Source: the human T2T-CHM13v2.0 reference genome, Homo sapiens
Strand: one strand, 5' to 3'
Length of the DNA stretch: 64,000 nucleotides
Assembly: GCF_009914755.1 (NCBI RefSeq)
Contig: NC_060935.1
This document shows, in pieces, positions 13,958 through 29,105 of the stretch (within the stretch, counting starts at the first letter, position 1; the number at the start of each line of letters is the position of its first letter). Both the position numbers and the translations under genes were made by a program. Under the pieces are notes generated by a model that was given only the letters and a program-made list of their open reading frames with translations, was not told the origin of the DNA and did no database searches.

Positions 13958-15929
13958 TAGGTAGATCATCTTTTTAGCTCATTTTGTTAATGATTTCAGA
14001 CTCAGATGGTGTAGGTAGAATCAGACTCACATCTTCCATTAATGTAATTATGAAGATGTGTGTGCATTGTGTTACTAATAAGTTGCTAAAACTAGTTTCA
14101 TTTTGGAGAAAGCTTTTTTAAATATCTTCTAGTATTGCTTTGAGGATCCAGTTTAAGTAGAACATGCGAAGGGGAGGTCACAATGTCTGGCACATAGTAG
14201 TTCAATAAAAGTTAGTTTCTTTCTCATCTTTAATTAAAGAGTGTTAAAATCTTATTTTGTAGGAAAAAGCGAAAGTGTGAATGAGGATACATCGAATCCT
14301 ATTTTAACTTAGACAGCAAGACTTGGCTAAGAGTCGCCAACTCTGTTTTGTCCTATTTTGCTCAGTTCTTTGCATGGCCTTCTATTTCTGTGCCCCACCA
14401 TGGGGTTACACCCCTAAAACACACTGGCCCAGCATGATATGTGTGCTGGCTTGCCAGCCAAGTGGCCCGAAGCTCCTCTTGAGTGCACTGCAGTACAACC
14501 ACTTGACTTGCTCTTTAACATAGTCCTGTGAGATGCCAGCTGCCATGACCAAGCAGTATTCCCACTCCTCCTCTACACTCTGGCAAGGCTTTCCTGGAAC
14601 ATCCCCATGCCCACATCTTTACCCAGTAACTCACTAAAGCCACTCTTGACTCAAGCAGGTGCCGTTCCTTGATCACGGAATCTACCTTTGATTTCATCAG
14701 GCCAGATTCACAAACAGAATGGGAGTGCTTTATCTATACCTTTGAGAGGATGGAGAGTGAAATAACTGGAAACACTGGGTTATCACAGCTTAATTTCATC
14801 CAGGCTTGGTGTCTTTACCAAAGATGGTTGGGGAAAGGAAGGGAGATTCATCTTGTTCAGGCAGTGATTTGCTCAGAATTTTACAAGACATACCCTATAC
14901 AGACCTATTTGAATTCTACTGTGGGTTTATTGAACCAGTGTTGGAACAACTTCGCAAAACAGACCAGGCCAGTTAGGTACAGCCTCATGAGTTGGCAGGT
15001 AGCAGCAGCCCGTGTCTTCCCTAAGATGACATTCCCTGCCCAAAACACTTCTGTGAAAAGTACAGAATAAACAGCTCAGAGAATACAGTGTAAGTTACCC
15101 GCAGAAATATAGTACTTCTTTCTAGAAGTTTACAAACTGTCCATGTTTATCCCTTGCCATATAGCAATCACTACTATTAGTGCTGTACTTAATTATTTGT
15201 TTATCTGATTTCTAATTGTTAATGCTTCCCCCAAATATTGTGTGACATTTGTAATTAATAAAAATCACTTAACGATGAATTGGTGAGCAGTTCATGTTTG
15301 TGTTTTTGCTTAATTACTGAAAGTTGGTTGTAAGTTCTGGGGGCAGGGTGCACATTTTCAAGGGTAGATGATTTGGGGTCTTTTGTGAGTGGGAAGCTGT
15401 CGACTCAAGTCACATTTAGTACTACTAGACAGTGGTTTTCTTAGTGTGGGCAGGAAGTCCAAGAATTTGAAATGGTTATATTTAAACCTGACCTTTTGAG
15501 TGGCGCACTGGCGCACTGGTAATCCCTGGGGATTGCAGTTGGACCCTGCAGGCCCCGTACATAGAAAGGGTTTCTGTGTTTCATCTGTGCCATTACCTCT
15601 GTCTTTCTTTTTGTAAACATTTAATTGGAGGTGATTATCAAAATCACTTAAATGGAGTAACTCACCTTTCTTCTTGTCTGTTTTCTGGCGATGTCAGTAG
15701 TGAGGAGTGGAATAACTAGAAGGGAGTGGCAGGGCAGCAGCCTGGCCCGAGGGAAGGAAGGGTGCCCTTGACACATTGGGCGGGTTTGGCAGCTTAACTG
15801 TGACTGACTTTCATTTTTTTCTGTTACACGTTGAGAAAAAAACTAAATGTGATTTTTCCATAAAAATGCTGATACAAATGTCCAAAACTTTTCTATGTTA
15901 AATAGTCTTTTACATTTTTATGCATATAG

Positions 15930-16016
15930 GTTACAACCTGCCATATTCATTCATCCAGTGATGATGAAATTGACTTTAAAGAAACGGGTTTCTCACAGGA
16001 TTCTTCTTTGCAGCAA
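15930..16016 (+). CDS. PPP6R3: PPP6R3 coding exon, 87 nt symmetric (likely cassette exon)
   Basis: catatag| acceptor, CAA|gtgagt donor; [29 protein letters not shown]; phase 0-0, so skipping keeps the frame. Confidence 0.92.
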
Positions 16017-18869
16017 GTGAGTCACGCCTAAAGCTTTGCTTTTTGTTTTTATTTTAAATGCTTAGTTTAGTTGCCTTTTATGAATCAGCTTCAGAGTCAG
16101 ATTATGTATTAGAATGTGATTTGGGGTTACTTATTAGTTAGACCAAAGCATTTAAAATAGGAAGTGCTGGGTAAATGAAAGATAGATTTGTATTGGTTAT
16201 GTTTCAAGGGATTGTTCCATCCCTGATAACAGTGATGAGTCAAGTACATTTTCAGAAGATTTGAATGAACTGAATAGTTAAGAAGGCATCTCACACATGC
16301 TTGTTACACAGACCTTTACAATAGTTGAGTTGTTGCTTAAAGATTTGTGTAGTAGAGATCTGCTGGTAAAAATAATAGAAATAAGACGTTTAAAATGTAA
16401 GTAAAAGTAAACTCTCACGAATACCCCTGATGTAAGTTCTATTATAGTTACATCTAAAGTAAATTTTTAGTTGAAGTAATTCATTGCAACCCCTCTCTGC
16501 CTGCCCCTGAATTTATCATCTCCCTTTACCACCTGCTTATAATCTTTGTGGGGGAAAGCCTCGATATGAATAATAAATGTACTGATTTATCATCCATTGT
16601 TAGTTCTTGGAGAAGTGACAAATGATTTCACTTCTCTACTAGGTATGGGAGTGAAAAACAGAAGCCCTTTTGCAGGCTATCAGCTTTTCATATGGAGAAG
16701 TTGTCCTTAGCCAGGACCAGAATGCCTTGGCTTACATGTTGCTTTGGTGCAGCAATAGAATTAACGGGGACACCTTCCCACCCAGCACAGAATGTTGTTG
16801 CTTGGCTTCTTTTTTTTAGTCTCTAAGCTTCGTCTTAGATGAAGCTTCACATGCTTATGCTGGCCCTGTCTTTTGGCTTGTAAGTCTTACACCTGTCATA
16901 TTCCAGTATTGGTTGAGCTAAGCAATTGTTTGATTTTAATACTCAGACAGTTTAGAGTTTACCTTTCCCAAATAGGTCTGAAGTAGCATTTCAGCATTTG
17001 GCTGACTTCTCTGTTGATTCTTGACACTTCTGCCTTTGACAGCAGATTTCCGGAGGTTAGGGTCAGGAAGTAGCCAGTCCCTAGGGGGCACTGTTGAGCA
17101 GCTCTCACAGCTTCCTGCCTTGGCTTGCTATTAGGCTGCACGGGCCGTGGCGGTGGCCCACCATGGCTCATTGTGAGCCCTCGTGCCTGCAAGCAGCCCT
17201 TTTCCCAGAGCGCTCTGGTATTGTCCCAGGAAGCACCTGGACAATGGGCTCTCCCTCCACTGAGGCACCTGTAGAGTACTGAAATAGTCCACCCAGTTGG
17301 CCATGAACCTGAGTGCTGTACATTGGTCCACCCCTAGAATGAAGCTTGATGATATCAAATGTAAATTATCAAGGTAATTTTGTACCTGTTGAAATACAGC
17401 TTTAAGAAAAAGAACACCTTACTAGTAATAATGATAAACTTGGAACTTCGGCTGTCAATTTAGTCTAGATTTGGTTAAATTTAGGCATTTGGAAAGTGGA
17501 TTCCTTTATTTCTCATGATATCTGGTTCCAGGGTCATACCTGTTCTGGGGAGAGTTTTCTTACATTATTTTGTTTGTTTGACCGACAGCTCACGTGCGTA
17601 CGAAGCCATTTCATTCACAAAACTAACTTACAACAGCCCTTGCCAAGCTCTTAGCTTGCAGAATTTACCCACTTCATATGAACTTTTCAAAGTGGAAGAA
17701 TAATTACTCTTTTCTGATTGACAAGCTTCCAGTACATTTTTCTTTGCATGTTTAAACCAATCATGGATCATTTTGAAAATAAATACACTCCAAAGCACTT
17801 CTTAAAATTTTGAGAATGCAAAAAAGGTCTTGGTTAATTTATTAGAGTTTCATCATAGCCTCCATTAAGATCAGAATATTAGTTTGTAGACTTGAACTTC
17901 AAGTTCTCATTCACGTTTGAGGTTGGGCATCATGTTGATAAAGTCCCCGAATGTAGAGAGCTCAGGGCAGATAATTTAACCAGGTAACCCAGCCACGTCA
18001 CCAGTGGGGAGTGCCTCCAGGCGTTTGTGCCCTGCCCATTTGCTTCTCCCTTTAGCCTTGTCTGGTCTCCTAAAGTCTGGTGTTTGACTCCCCACCTCCC
18101 TGATTCTGCCTTATAGAGTTTGGAGGGTGAGGCCCCCATGGAGGTCTGGAGAATTCAGACTGACTGCCGCATATGGGCTCTGAAACACTGACTCATCATT
18201 TCCCACTACCTCACATCACATACGGGCTTGCTGGTAGGCAATTAGGCCACATTTAGTTGACCAGTAGTTTCTGTTGCCTGGGTGGCATTACTGTTAAGAG
18301 ATTTGCTTAAAGTGGTTGGCTCACTTCTCAGTGACTTGAACAGTTTCTGACTTTGGCCAGGATGACAGTACTAGGAAAGTGTGCTTTTTAAAAATAATTA
18401 TACAGCTATATTGTGCTTTCCAGATATAGGTTTCTCAGAGTTCAAAGCACTTTTTATATACCTTTAAATAGGATACAATAACAGTCTTCACTTACATATA
18501 TTTGTAAGTTTTGGTAGCTTTATTAGTAAAAATGAGATTTGAAATGTGAAGTTCTTTGCTAGAAGCTGTAATTGACTTAGAACTAATGAGGATTACATCT
18601 GATCATTTTCCTTTTTTCTGTGCATTATTGCATGGAAGTTACTAGTGTCTGTGTCAGTTGCTATGTATCTCTCCAGATGGATGAATAGATAAATATATAT
18701 CTGTATATGTATTCTGTATGTACATGTATGTATGTATACATTCATATTTAGTATTTGCATTCTATTTTTGAAGCATTTAAAATATAACAACATTTTGGGG
18801 AATATTTCTTCCCCTTTACACCCAGGAGAATCACATTAGGATCACTAGAGGTATAACAGTTTTGAGAGA

Positions 18870-19001
18870 GCTGGCTGCGATGGCATGCACCTGTAGTCTG
18901 GCTGCTCTGGAGGCTGAGGTAGGAGGATTACTAGGAGGTAGGAGTCTAGGAGTTTGAGTCTAGCCTGGACAACATGGCAAGACCCTGTCTCTTAAAAAAA
19001 A
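18870..19001 (+). mobile_element. FLAM/Alu monomer
   Basis: Monomeric 7SL-derived sequence ending gcaagaccctgtctcttaaaaaaa. Confidence 0.75.
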
Positions 19002-20813
19002 TTTTTTTTTGGAGGGGAAAAATAAAACAATTGGGAGGGAACTTTTCCCTCACGTGACCACATTTCTGATCTGTAGATAAACTCAGAGCGTGGTTCATGC
19101 TGCTTACTCAACAGAATCACTTCATGGTTCTTTACCAGATCTTTGAGGTACTGAGCATCTGTTTTGCCTCATAAAAGATAAAGCTGCAGTTCAGAAGAAC
19201 TGATTTCTTTTTGATGTAATTAATATTAATGCTGGCTGTCATTGTCCATTCATAGGTCCAGAACTCAGCTCAGCAGCCCAGGACTTGTCCCTACCCTTCT
19301 GCTTTCAGCCAGACCCCCGTGCTCAGCCTTGGTTTACACTCCATGCCTTACCAAGTGGCCATTCCACAGCCAGTCGCTTGCTGCCCCCTGCTCCCTGCCC
19401 CCATGTGCTCATCTAATATCACCTCTGGGGGCAAGAAAGGGGGCAGCACAAAAGTGGGAGTGAGCAGAGGGGCAGTGGGTGTGCTGTTGTCTTGCATGAG
19501 CGACAAGGGAGGTTTTGGGTTCTCTCTGTCTAGTCAAACTAGACATATAGAGCTTTTCTTCAGACCTAAGCAGTATAGATACCTTCCAAAGCCTAATATA
19601 AGGTTTATTTTTAAATTATCTGCAATAATTATCCATGCCATAATTCCCTGCCACCAGAATGAGTAATCAGGAATTAATGGTAGAGGCATTTCTGCAGTGT
19701 ACATCTGCAAGGTGGAATCTGGAGGCTCTGCCCATATGTGGAACCAAGGAGAAGGTGGTTTAATACAGTTACAGCTGCCTCCTTCCCAGCAAATGCCAGT
19801 GGGAGTGATGCCTTCAGTTGAGCCAACAGCCGCCTCCCTGCCCCTCATGGGCTCACCCACAGAAAACGGCAGTCTCATCTGTATGCAGCTCTGGTCACTG
19901 TATTTATTGTTTGGGTTAGAATGAGGAGGTGGCACTAGTTTGTCTTCATATGTTCTTTACTCCTGATTAATACGTAAGAACATACTTGCTGATTTCACTT
20001 GCTTCTTTGGGCCTGCTTGTTTTAAATTAGAATATCAACATTTTCCTGGGGTCCATTATAACACCCCCCCCCCCCACATTTTCAACTAAAAACCCGAACA
20101 AGTCTGGTACTCTCTAGATTTGGTGTTAAGGAAACAGAACTGGCTCCTCTGTGGGTCTTCTAGTGTTAGAGACTTTTCAGAGTGATTTTGGATAAATAGT
20201 CAAACGTTTACTCTCTTCATAAGGTAGGTAGGGTAGAAATTATTTTCGTTTTATATTCTTCCCAGCCTCTAAGACTTAATTTTTTTAAAAAAAGAAATGA
20301 AATGTCCCTGAACATTTTGTTTCTAGGATTATGCTTGTGTTCATCAGTCGGTTTTCCTCTGGTGTGATTTTGCTGTAGTAGATTGGGGGTGGAGGAGGTG
20401 GCAAGGAGGGAGGGGGTGGTCACCACTTGTTGGATCTTAGGATAAAGTTGGTTGTGTCCAGAGGTGACTGATACACCTTATAATTTCAGACTGTTCCATG
20501 TCATGTGATCACTTTAAACTAGGCTTAATCCAAACCTCTCTCTAAAGATAATTCACAATAGAGGACAGAGTGGTCACATAGTGTTTCTTACAGTGACATG
20601 TGCATTAGAATGATTTGTAGACCAAATTTCAAACGTTTCCTTTTTTGGCAAATTGTGTCTGAAATTATTTGATTTTTCTTTTAGAAAAACACACCAACTT
20701 TTATAGCCCTATGGCTATGTAAATAAGATGATTTCTGGAACACAAATGGGCAAATAGTATGTAGAATATCATTAGAATCATTATATCACTGTCACTGGTC
20801 CTGGGGTTGCCAG

Positions 20814-20911
20814 GCCTTTTCTGATTATCAGATGCAACAAATGACGTCCAATTTTATTGACCAGTTTGGCTTCAACGATGAGAAGTTTGCAGATCAAGAT
20901 GACATTGGCAA
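20814..20911 (+). CDS. PPP6R3: PPP6R3 coding exon, 98 nt, phase 0-2
   Basis: gttgccag| acceptor (weak pyrimidine tract), AA|gtgagt donor; [32 protein letters not shown](N). Confidence 0.94.
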
Positions 20912-21103
20912 GTGAGTATGTTTTTCTGTTTCCGCTGTTGCTCTTGCACACCCTTGCTCTTGGTAGATGTATGTGTGATTCTGCGGGATTCTTAGTCTTG
21001 AGCATTCGTGAGTGGGAGGAACCTGCTCTTTCCACGGTGTTCCTCTAGTTCCAGCAGATTGGCCCTGGGACTGGATAATTAGGACTTAAAATAACACTGC
21101 AGT

Positions 21104-21661
<558 letters not shown>

Positions 21662-21811
21662 TCACTGCAAGGAAAGAAGCATTCACCTATAGGGTTTGAC
21701 CTCTTTCACAGAAGCCTATTGTTATTAGATTACACTTTTAGGAATTCAAGTCACTGTTCTTAATTCTAGCTCTTAACGTTAAATAGTATTATCTATAAAG
21801 TCCTTAATCCT

Positions 21812-22202
<391 letters not shown>

Positions 22203-23546
22203 CTACATGTATTCTCATCTCTAGGTGACTCATCAGAAGGTAGATTTGGGTTTTTTGCAAGAGCCAGACACACTAACCACTCATTTTGCAGTCAGGGTAA
22301 GAAGCAGAGAAATGAGAATTATTGATACTGTACAGAATTAACGAGTAGAAAATGTGTAGGTAGTTAATAGAAATGAAAACAGGTGGTCTAGCATCTGACA
22401 TTGGGATAGAAGAGATTTATAAACAAAATATTTTGAGGTAGATATTATAGCTCATTGACACAGAGTTTAAGAAAAAAAATGAAGGCAGCTGGTATTTGAA
22501 TATTGGATGATGATTCTCACAGGAGACACGGTTATGCCACAGACACCCAGTATCTGCTGTGGTCTTTGGAAGCAGTAAATTCTCAATAATTTGTTGAACC
22601 ACAGCCAGTGGAGCCTGTTGTTTGTCACAGGTTGCAGTTTGCAGTATGTGAGAAGCTAAAATATTTTTACAGCACGCTCTTAATTGTGCTATAAACATGC
22701 CGTATGGGCACAGTGGAATGGAGGTGCCGCTGTAAACAGCAAGAGTTGAAGGCTGTTACGTGCCTTGAGAATTGGCTCATTTTAACTCAAAAAGAGCAAG
22801 AACACAAGATATTCTGTCCATACCCCAGGAGCATTCTACTCAGGCTAGGATCCACCACCTCACACCAGACCCTGCAGGTCCCTGTTTGGTGTCTCGACAT
22901 TCACGTGCCTGGACTCTTGCTTCATCTTCCTAGTTAGGATCTGTAATCTCTTTACAGTCTGTATTGCATGCTTGGACTAGTGATTGAGTGGAACAAATAT
23001 TTTAAGAATCATAAGATAGCCCCTCCTCTTCAAACTTATGTTTAATAAGCAATGAATTCTTTTACTCCCTCCTTGCTTTTCTAGATGATATCTTGTTAAC
23101 AGCATAAGATTTCATGGGTGTCTATGTATTTTGTGTATGAGTTTGACTATCCCTGGAGAAAACTCAAGTGTCTGACAGCTTTTGTATACTTCATGTTTTG
23201 ACTTGGTTCTTTGCAAATAACCTTTTTCTTGGTTATATTAGTATGGCCCATGGAACTATGGTTGTTACCATAGATGTTAAAAATCTTTTATAGGAAGGAT
23301 TCAAGGGTGTCCCAAAGGCTTTATGTCTCAGAAGGCTTCTATTGCAGCCCTCCTATCCTACATAAATTCATTAATACCAAGGGAGCTGGCATCATTTAAT
23401 ATAAGAAGGTTGTTTCTGTTTGTTTTTTATTTATAGAGATTTTGATGATAGTGTAAATATCTTAAATTTGGAAACTTTCATAAATACGGTTTCTGTGAGC
23501 TGATAGTAATTAATGCTTCCTACACTTTTATTTTGTTTTTTTACAG

Positions 23547-23601
23547 TGTTTCTTTTGATCGAGTATCAGACATCAACTTTACTCTCAATACAAATGAAAG
23601 T
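23547..23601 (+). CDS. PPP6R3: PPP6R3 coding exon, 55 nt, phase 2-0
   Basis: tttttttacag| acceptor, AGT|gtaagt donor; VSFDRVSDINFTLNTNES. Confidence 0.93.
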
Positions 23602-24462
23602 GTAAGTATAAACTCTGTTGTGAGCAGTGTGGCACATGAGAGGTTAAAAATTGGGTGAGTCCCTGTGTGGATGCCACATGCTGGGACCCCTGTGCTCTAG
23701 AGCCCTAATCCTAAATTGGTGTTACATACTTCACTCTGTCCCACGGCCTACCTGGCACCCGTGGGCATGTGATTTTTGCAGCCCTGGTTTATGACTTGGT
23801 GGAGCTAATAAGACCAGGGTCACTTGTGATTGCAGCGTAGACACTTGACTTCAAAGAGAAGGCTGCAGTTTGACACCAACCCACTGCCTTTGACTCCTTT
23901 GTATTGCCAGGAGAGAAATGTGGACTGGGTCAGGGCAAGCCCCTCGTTACTAGGCATTTCTGTGGAAACACCGAGACAGTCGTGTCACCTGAATGGAGAC
24001 AGTTTATTGATTTTATGTTGACTAGCATGAGAGACCACTGGCTTATTTGCTGATGGAGTAAGGTAGGAACTGCTGATTTGAGCCATTGAAGGTTATCACT
24101 GCTCAGCTGGACTAGTAAAAGCAAATAAGTACGGTTGCTTTTCCTTGCTAGGACAGACCTGGGACCGCATCTCCAGGACAGGGGAGGCTCCTGGGATTAC
24201 AATGATGCTTTGATGAGATGAAAGAGGATATGGTCTATGCTTCTTTTTGCTAGTCTTTTTAGGGAAACCCAGTCTTTTTTTAGGGGAATTCTTGTTACGG
24301 ACACAGAAACTAATGTTAGGTGTTTATATTTTATTTTGGTGTATGTGATAGGCACCATATTGTAAAGCAGTGAAAAAATGCAATTTACATTGGTAATGCT
24401 TAAGAGAAGATAACTTGACTTTAAATTTATTTTGTTGTTTTTTTCCTCTCATTTTTATTTAG

Positions 24463-24593
24463 GGAAATATTGCCTTGTTTGAAGCATGTTGTAAGGAAAG
24501 AATACAACAGTTTGATGATGGTGGCTCTGATGAGGAAGATATATGGGAGGAAAAGCACATCGCATTCACACCAGAATCCCAAAGACGATCCAG
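24463..24593 (+). CDS. PPP6R3: PPP6R3 coding exon, 131 nt, phase 0-2
   Basis: ttttatttag| acceptor, CAG|gtgaaa donor; [43 protein letters not shown]. Confidence 0.94.
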
Positions 24594-25899
24594 GTGAAAG
24601 ATAGTTGGTTATAGTTGTAATTATAGCCAACCTGTAAAGAAAATGATTATCATGAGACATACATTGTGTCATCACCAAACATACATGTTAACCCAGAAAC
24701 CAGTGTTTTTTTTTGTCATGGCCAGAAATGCCCTTGTTGGCGGGAGTTGGTGCTTCCAGTGTGACAGTGATCTGCTGGGAAATGCTGCAGGTGTTTAGAC
24801 ACAGTTCGTGAGGTGTTGGGGCCCAGCGTCTTCCAAAGGGGAAATGTTGCAGACAAGCGTAGTCACATAGTGCCTTTTACTAAATAAATGTTCCGTCATC
24901 AGTAATTACAACAGCAGTTATGTGTTGTTTCTTGTAAAAGATGGAAAACTTCCCAAAGGAAGGGGAAATTGTATTTAAAAGTTAATCTATTTGGGGAAGA
25001 TAGGGCCATGTCAATTAATATATCTGGGTCAATCCAGTCCTTTTTTTTTTTAAATCATCCGTATCACAGGAACCTAAATAAATGATGCTTCTGTACACAG
25101 ACAAATCTTGTTATATGAGCATTCATTGTCAGAATCTTCATATTTAAGAGAGAGGAATATTTGATCAGCAGCTTAAGAGAGGAATATTTGAACAACAGCT
25201 GAACTTTCATTTTTATTTCATTTATTGTTACTCATTTTATTCATTTACTTATAATAAGTAATGTTTTCACGTGGCCTAGAATTCAAAGGGAATCAAAGAG
25301 TATGCAATGAAAAGTAAAACTGTCTCATCCCTTCTTCCAGCCGTCCAGTCCTCTTGCCGGGGAGTCCCTCAGCATCACCTCTCGCTGCCAGTTATGTTGC
25401 CTCTTGTGGGAATGCTTGTTGCCACAGGTTATAGCAGACTCAGCGGTGGCTTGAGCAAGTAAAGCTGTGTTTGTCTCTACAGTCCAGAGTTGATAAGGGA
25501 GTTGAATAAGGCTGTTAGACCGGGCATCTTTTATTTATTCCTGCTCTCGTCTTCTGCATGTTGAGTTATCTCCTATGATCACAAGATAGCTGCTATAGCT
25601 CCAGAGCCAGACAGCAAAAGAAAAATACCTTCATGGCATTTTTGTTTGTTTGTTTGGATAAAGTCACACTCAGACTTGTTTGCCATCATTTACTGAGATT
25701 TTGTTTCTTATGTTGAATGGATTCACTAAATGATGCTTGCCCACAGCATGACTAATATGTATGAGGACAGTAATACAGTATATCTTCACAGAGCACCACG
25801 TGTGGAAGGCACAGAGAATTTAGTGTGTCAGGGAAGACTGTGTCCTGGGGGAGATGGCACCTGATACCCAGAGGGAACACTGATGACAGAAGGCAGCTT

Positions 25900-26360
25900 T
25901 TATTATTTAACAACTCTATTGAGGCATACTTGACGTAAACTGCATTTATTTCAGTTGTACAGTGTGGAAATTTCAACATGTATATACATCCGTGAAACCA
26001 TTATCCCAATCAACATCATGAATTTAACCATCACCCCAAAAAGTCTTCTCATGATCTTTTGTAATACCTTCCTCTTTCCTGTCCCGTCCCCCACAACCGT
26101 CTGTTTTTTGTTCTATTAGTTTGCATTTTCTAGAGTTTTATATAAATGAAATCAATACATTATACTTTTTTTGTCTAGCTTCTTTCACTCAGCATAATTA
26201 ATGTGAGAGCTGTCCATGTTGTCTAATGTATTAGTAGTCCATTTCTATTTTTGTGGGGTTGGGCAGGGGCTGGGTAGTATTCCATTAAGAGGATACACTA
26301 CAGTTTGTTTATTCATTTTCCTATTCATGGATGTTTTGGTTGTTTCTGGTTTGAGGCCTA
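25900..26360 (-). mobile_element. old L1M 3' end
   Basis: Reverse of L1 3'UTR and ORF2 C-terminus (aaacaaccaaaacatcc...atggaatactac). Confidence 0.75.
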
Positions 26361-26622
26361 TAATGTCACTTGAAGATAGATTGTGATGTTAAAGGTGCAT
26401 ACTGTAAACCCTAAAATAGTCACTAAAATAACAAAACGAAAAGTTATTGTTAATAAGCCAACAAAGGAAATAAAATCAAATCATAAAATACAAAAGAAAG
26501 CAGAAAAAGAACAAAGGGCAGCCTGGACAAACAAAACTACTGAGCAGCAGAATGATAGAGTTAGTCCTAAATAACCATGTGAAACAAACGATGCAGACAC
26601 CCTCATTTAAAAGACAGAGATT

Positions 26623-26855
26623 GGCTGGGCACAGTGGTTCACACCTAGAATCCCAGCACTTTGGTTGGCCAAGGCAGATGGGTTGCTTGAGCCCAGGAGT
26701 TTGAGACCAGCCTAGGCAACATGGCAAAACCCTGTCTCTACAAAAAATACAAAAATTAGCTGGGCATGGTGGCGTGTGCCTGCTGTGAGGCGAAGCAGGA
26801 GGATTGCTGGGAAGTCGAGGCTACAGGGAGCCAAGATAAAAAAACAAAAAACAAA
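26623..26855 (+). mobile_element. AluJ (partially deleted)
   Basis: Left arm intact, right arm truncated. Confidence 0.85.
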
Positions 26856-27142
26856 GATGGTCAGTTTGGATAAAAAATGAGGCCTAATTAATGCTGCCTA
26901 TGGGAAATGATTTAAATACAAAGAAACAAGTATATATGAAAACACAAAAAAGAACAAGATATGTTAACACTAAGAAAAAGCCAGAAGGTCTGTATTAATC
27001 TCAAAAGATTTCAAAGGAAAGGGATAAAGAAAGTGATATAATGATAAAGGGGTCAATTCATTAAGAGGACATAGCAACTTTAAATGTTTACACAACCTAA
27101 TAACTGCATTCTAGCCTAAGCGATATAGACCCCCGTCTCTTA

Positions 27143-27400
<258 letters not shown>

Positions 27401-27986
27401 TTAAATATGTAGGGACAAATCTCACAAAACATGTCCAAGACCTGTATGCTGAAAAGCCTAAAGCATAGCTGAGATAAAGACAACTTGGTAAATGTTTATA
27501 AGTAGGAAGACTCAGTATTATAATACTAAGCTGCCAGCTCTCCTCCCCAGGTTGAATCTATAGATTCAACACAAACAAAATCCTTCCAGCCTTTTTTGTA
27601 GCTATTAACAAGCTGCTTCTTAAATTCATATGGAAATGAAAAGGATCTAGAATAGCCAAAGCAACTCTTATAGAGAACAACAAAATTGGAGGACAAACAC
27701 TACCTTATTTTAAAATTCAATAGTTAAAACAGTATGATATGGGCAAGAAGGTAGGGCATAGATCAGTGGAACAGAATAGAGAGCCCATAAATACAGGCCT
27801 ACGCATATATGGACAACTGACTTTTGATAGAGGCGAAAGGCAATTCAGTGAAGAAAGGATAGTCTTTTCAACAAATGGTGCTGGAACCATCAGGCATCCA
27901 TATTCAAAAAAGTGAACTGATTCGTACCTCTTACTATATAATACATTAACTCAAAATGGATCTTAGACCCAAATGTGAAACATTAA

Positions 27987-28403
<417 letters not shown>

Positions 28404-28983
28404 TAAAAGAATGATTTTAGTAAGCCGAACATCATCAAAATTTAAAATTTTCACTCTTCAAATGACACTTTTAATAGAATGAAACGACAAACCATGCACT
28501 GGGAGAAAACATTTGCAAATGACACATTAGATAAAAGACTTGTGTATAGAGTTAAGAAATCTCTTTACTCAAGAAAAAGACAATTCAGTTTTTAAAAAGC
28601 ACAAAAGTGTGAAAAGACAGTTAAGATATAAGATGGCAAATAAGCATTTAAAAAGATGCTCAACCTCCTTGGTCATTAGGAAAGTACAAATGAACACCAC
28701 AGTGAAATGAACACCTCCACCCCTTCGAGAAGGTGGTTCTTAGATTGTGGCCTCCACTTTAAGCAGAGCCCATGTGTTCCTGTGGTGGAGGCTTAGTGTG
28801 AGGTTGGGCAGCACGCACGCAAAGCTGAGTCTTCCCGGGCATCCTGACCACGTGGTGCTCAGACAGATGTGATCCTGCTGAAGCACCACAGGACCTTTTG
28901 TTGCTGGATGACTGTTAGAATTTTCTGGATTTAGCTGGTGGCTGATAAGCAGTGTTAAATACTTGGGTCTTGTTTTTCCTTAG

Positions 28984-29105
28984 CTCGGGGAGTACAGACA
29001 GTGAGGAAAGTACAGACTCTGAAGAAGAAGATGGAGCAAAGCAAGACTTGTTTGAACCCAGCAGTGCCAACACGGAGGATAAAATGGAGGTGGACCTGAG
29101 TGAAC
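28984..29105 (+). CDS. PPP6R3: PPP6R3 coding exon, 122 nt, phase 2-1 (acidic Ser/Glu-rich region)
   Basis: tttttccttag| acceptor, C|gtaagt donor; [40 protein letters not shown]. Confidence 0.94.

Noticed and set aside
14669-15070. 133-aa intronic ORF (and similar ORFs at 4958, 29819, 31215, 44339, 50889)
   Set aside because: No recognisable domain, no splice sites in phase with PPP6R3 that I could find, often non-ATG starts; expected by chance.
25143-25202. Short tandem duplication ttaagagaggaatatttga..cagc, plus ggcgcact x2 at ~15502
   Set aside because: Ordinary slippage duplications in intron sequence with no functional hint.
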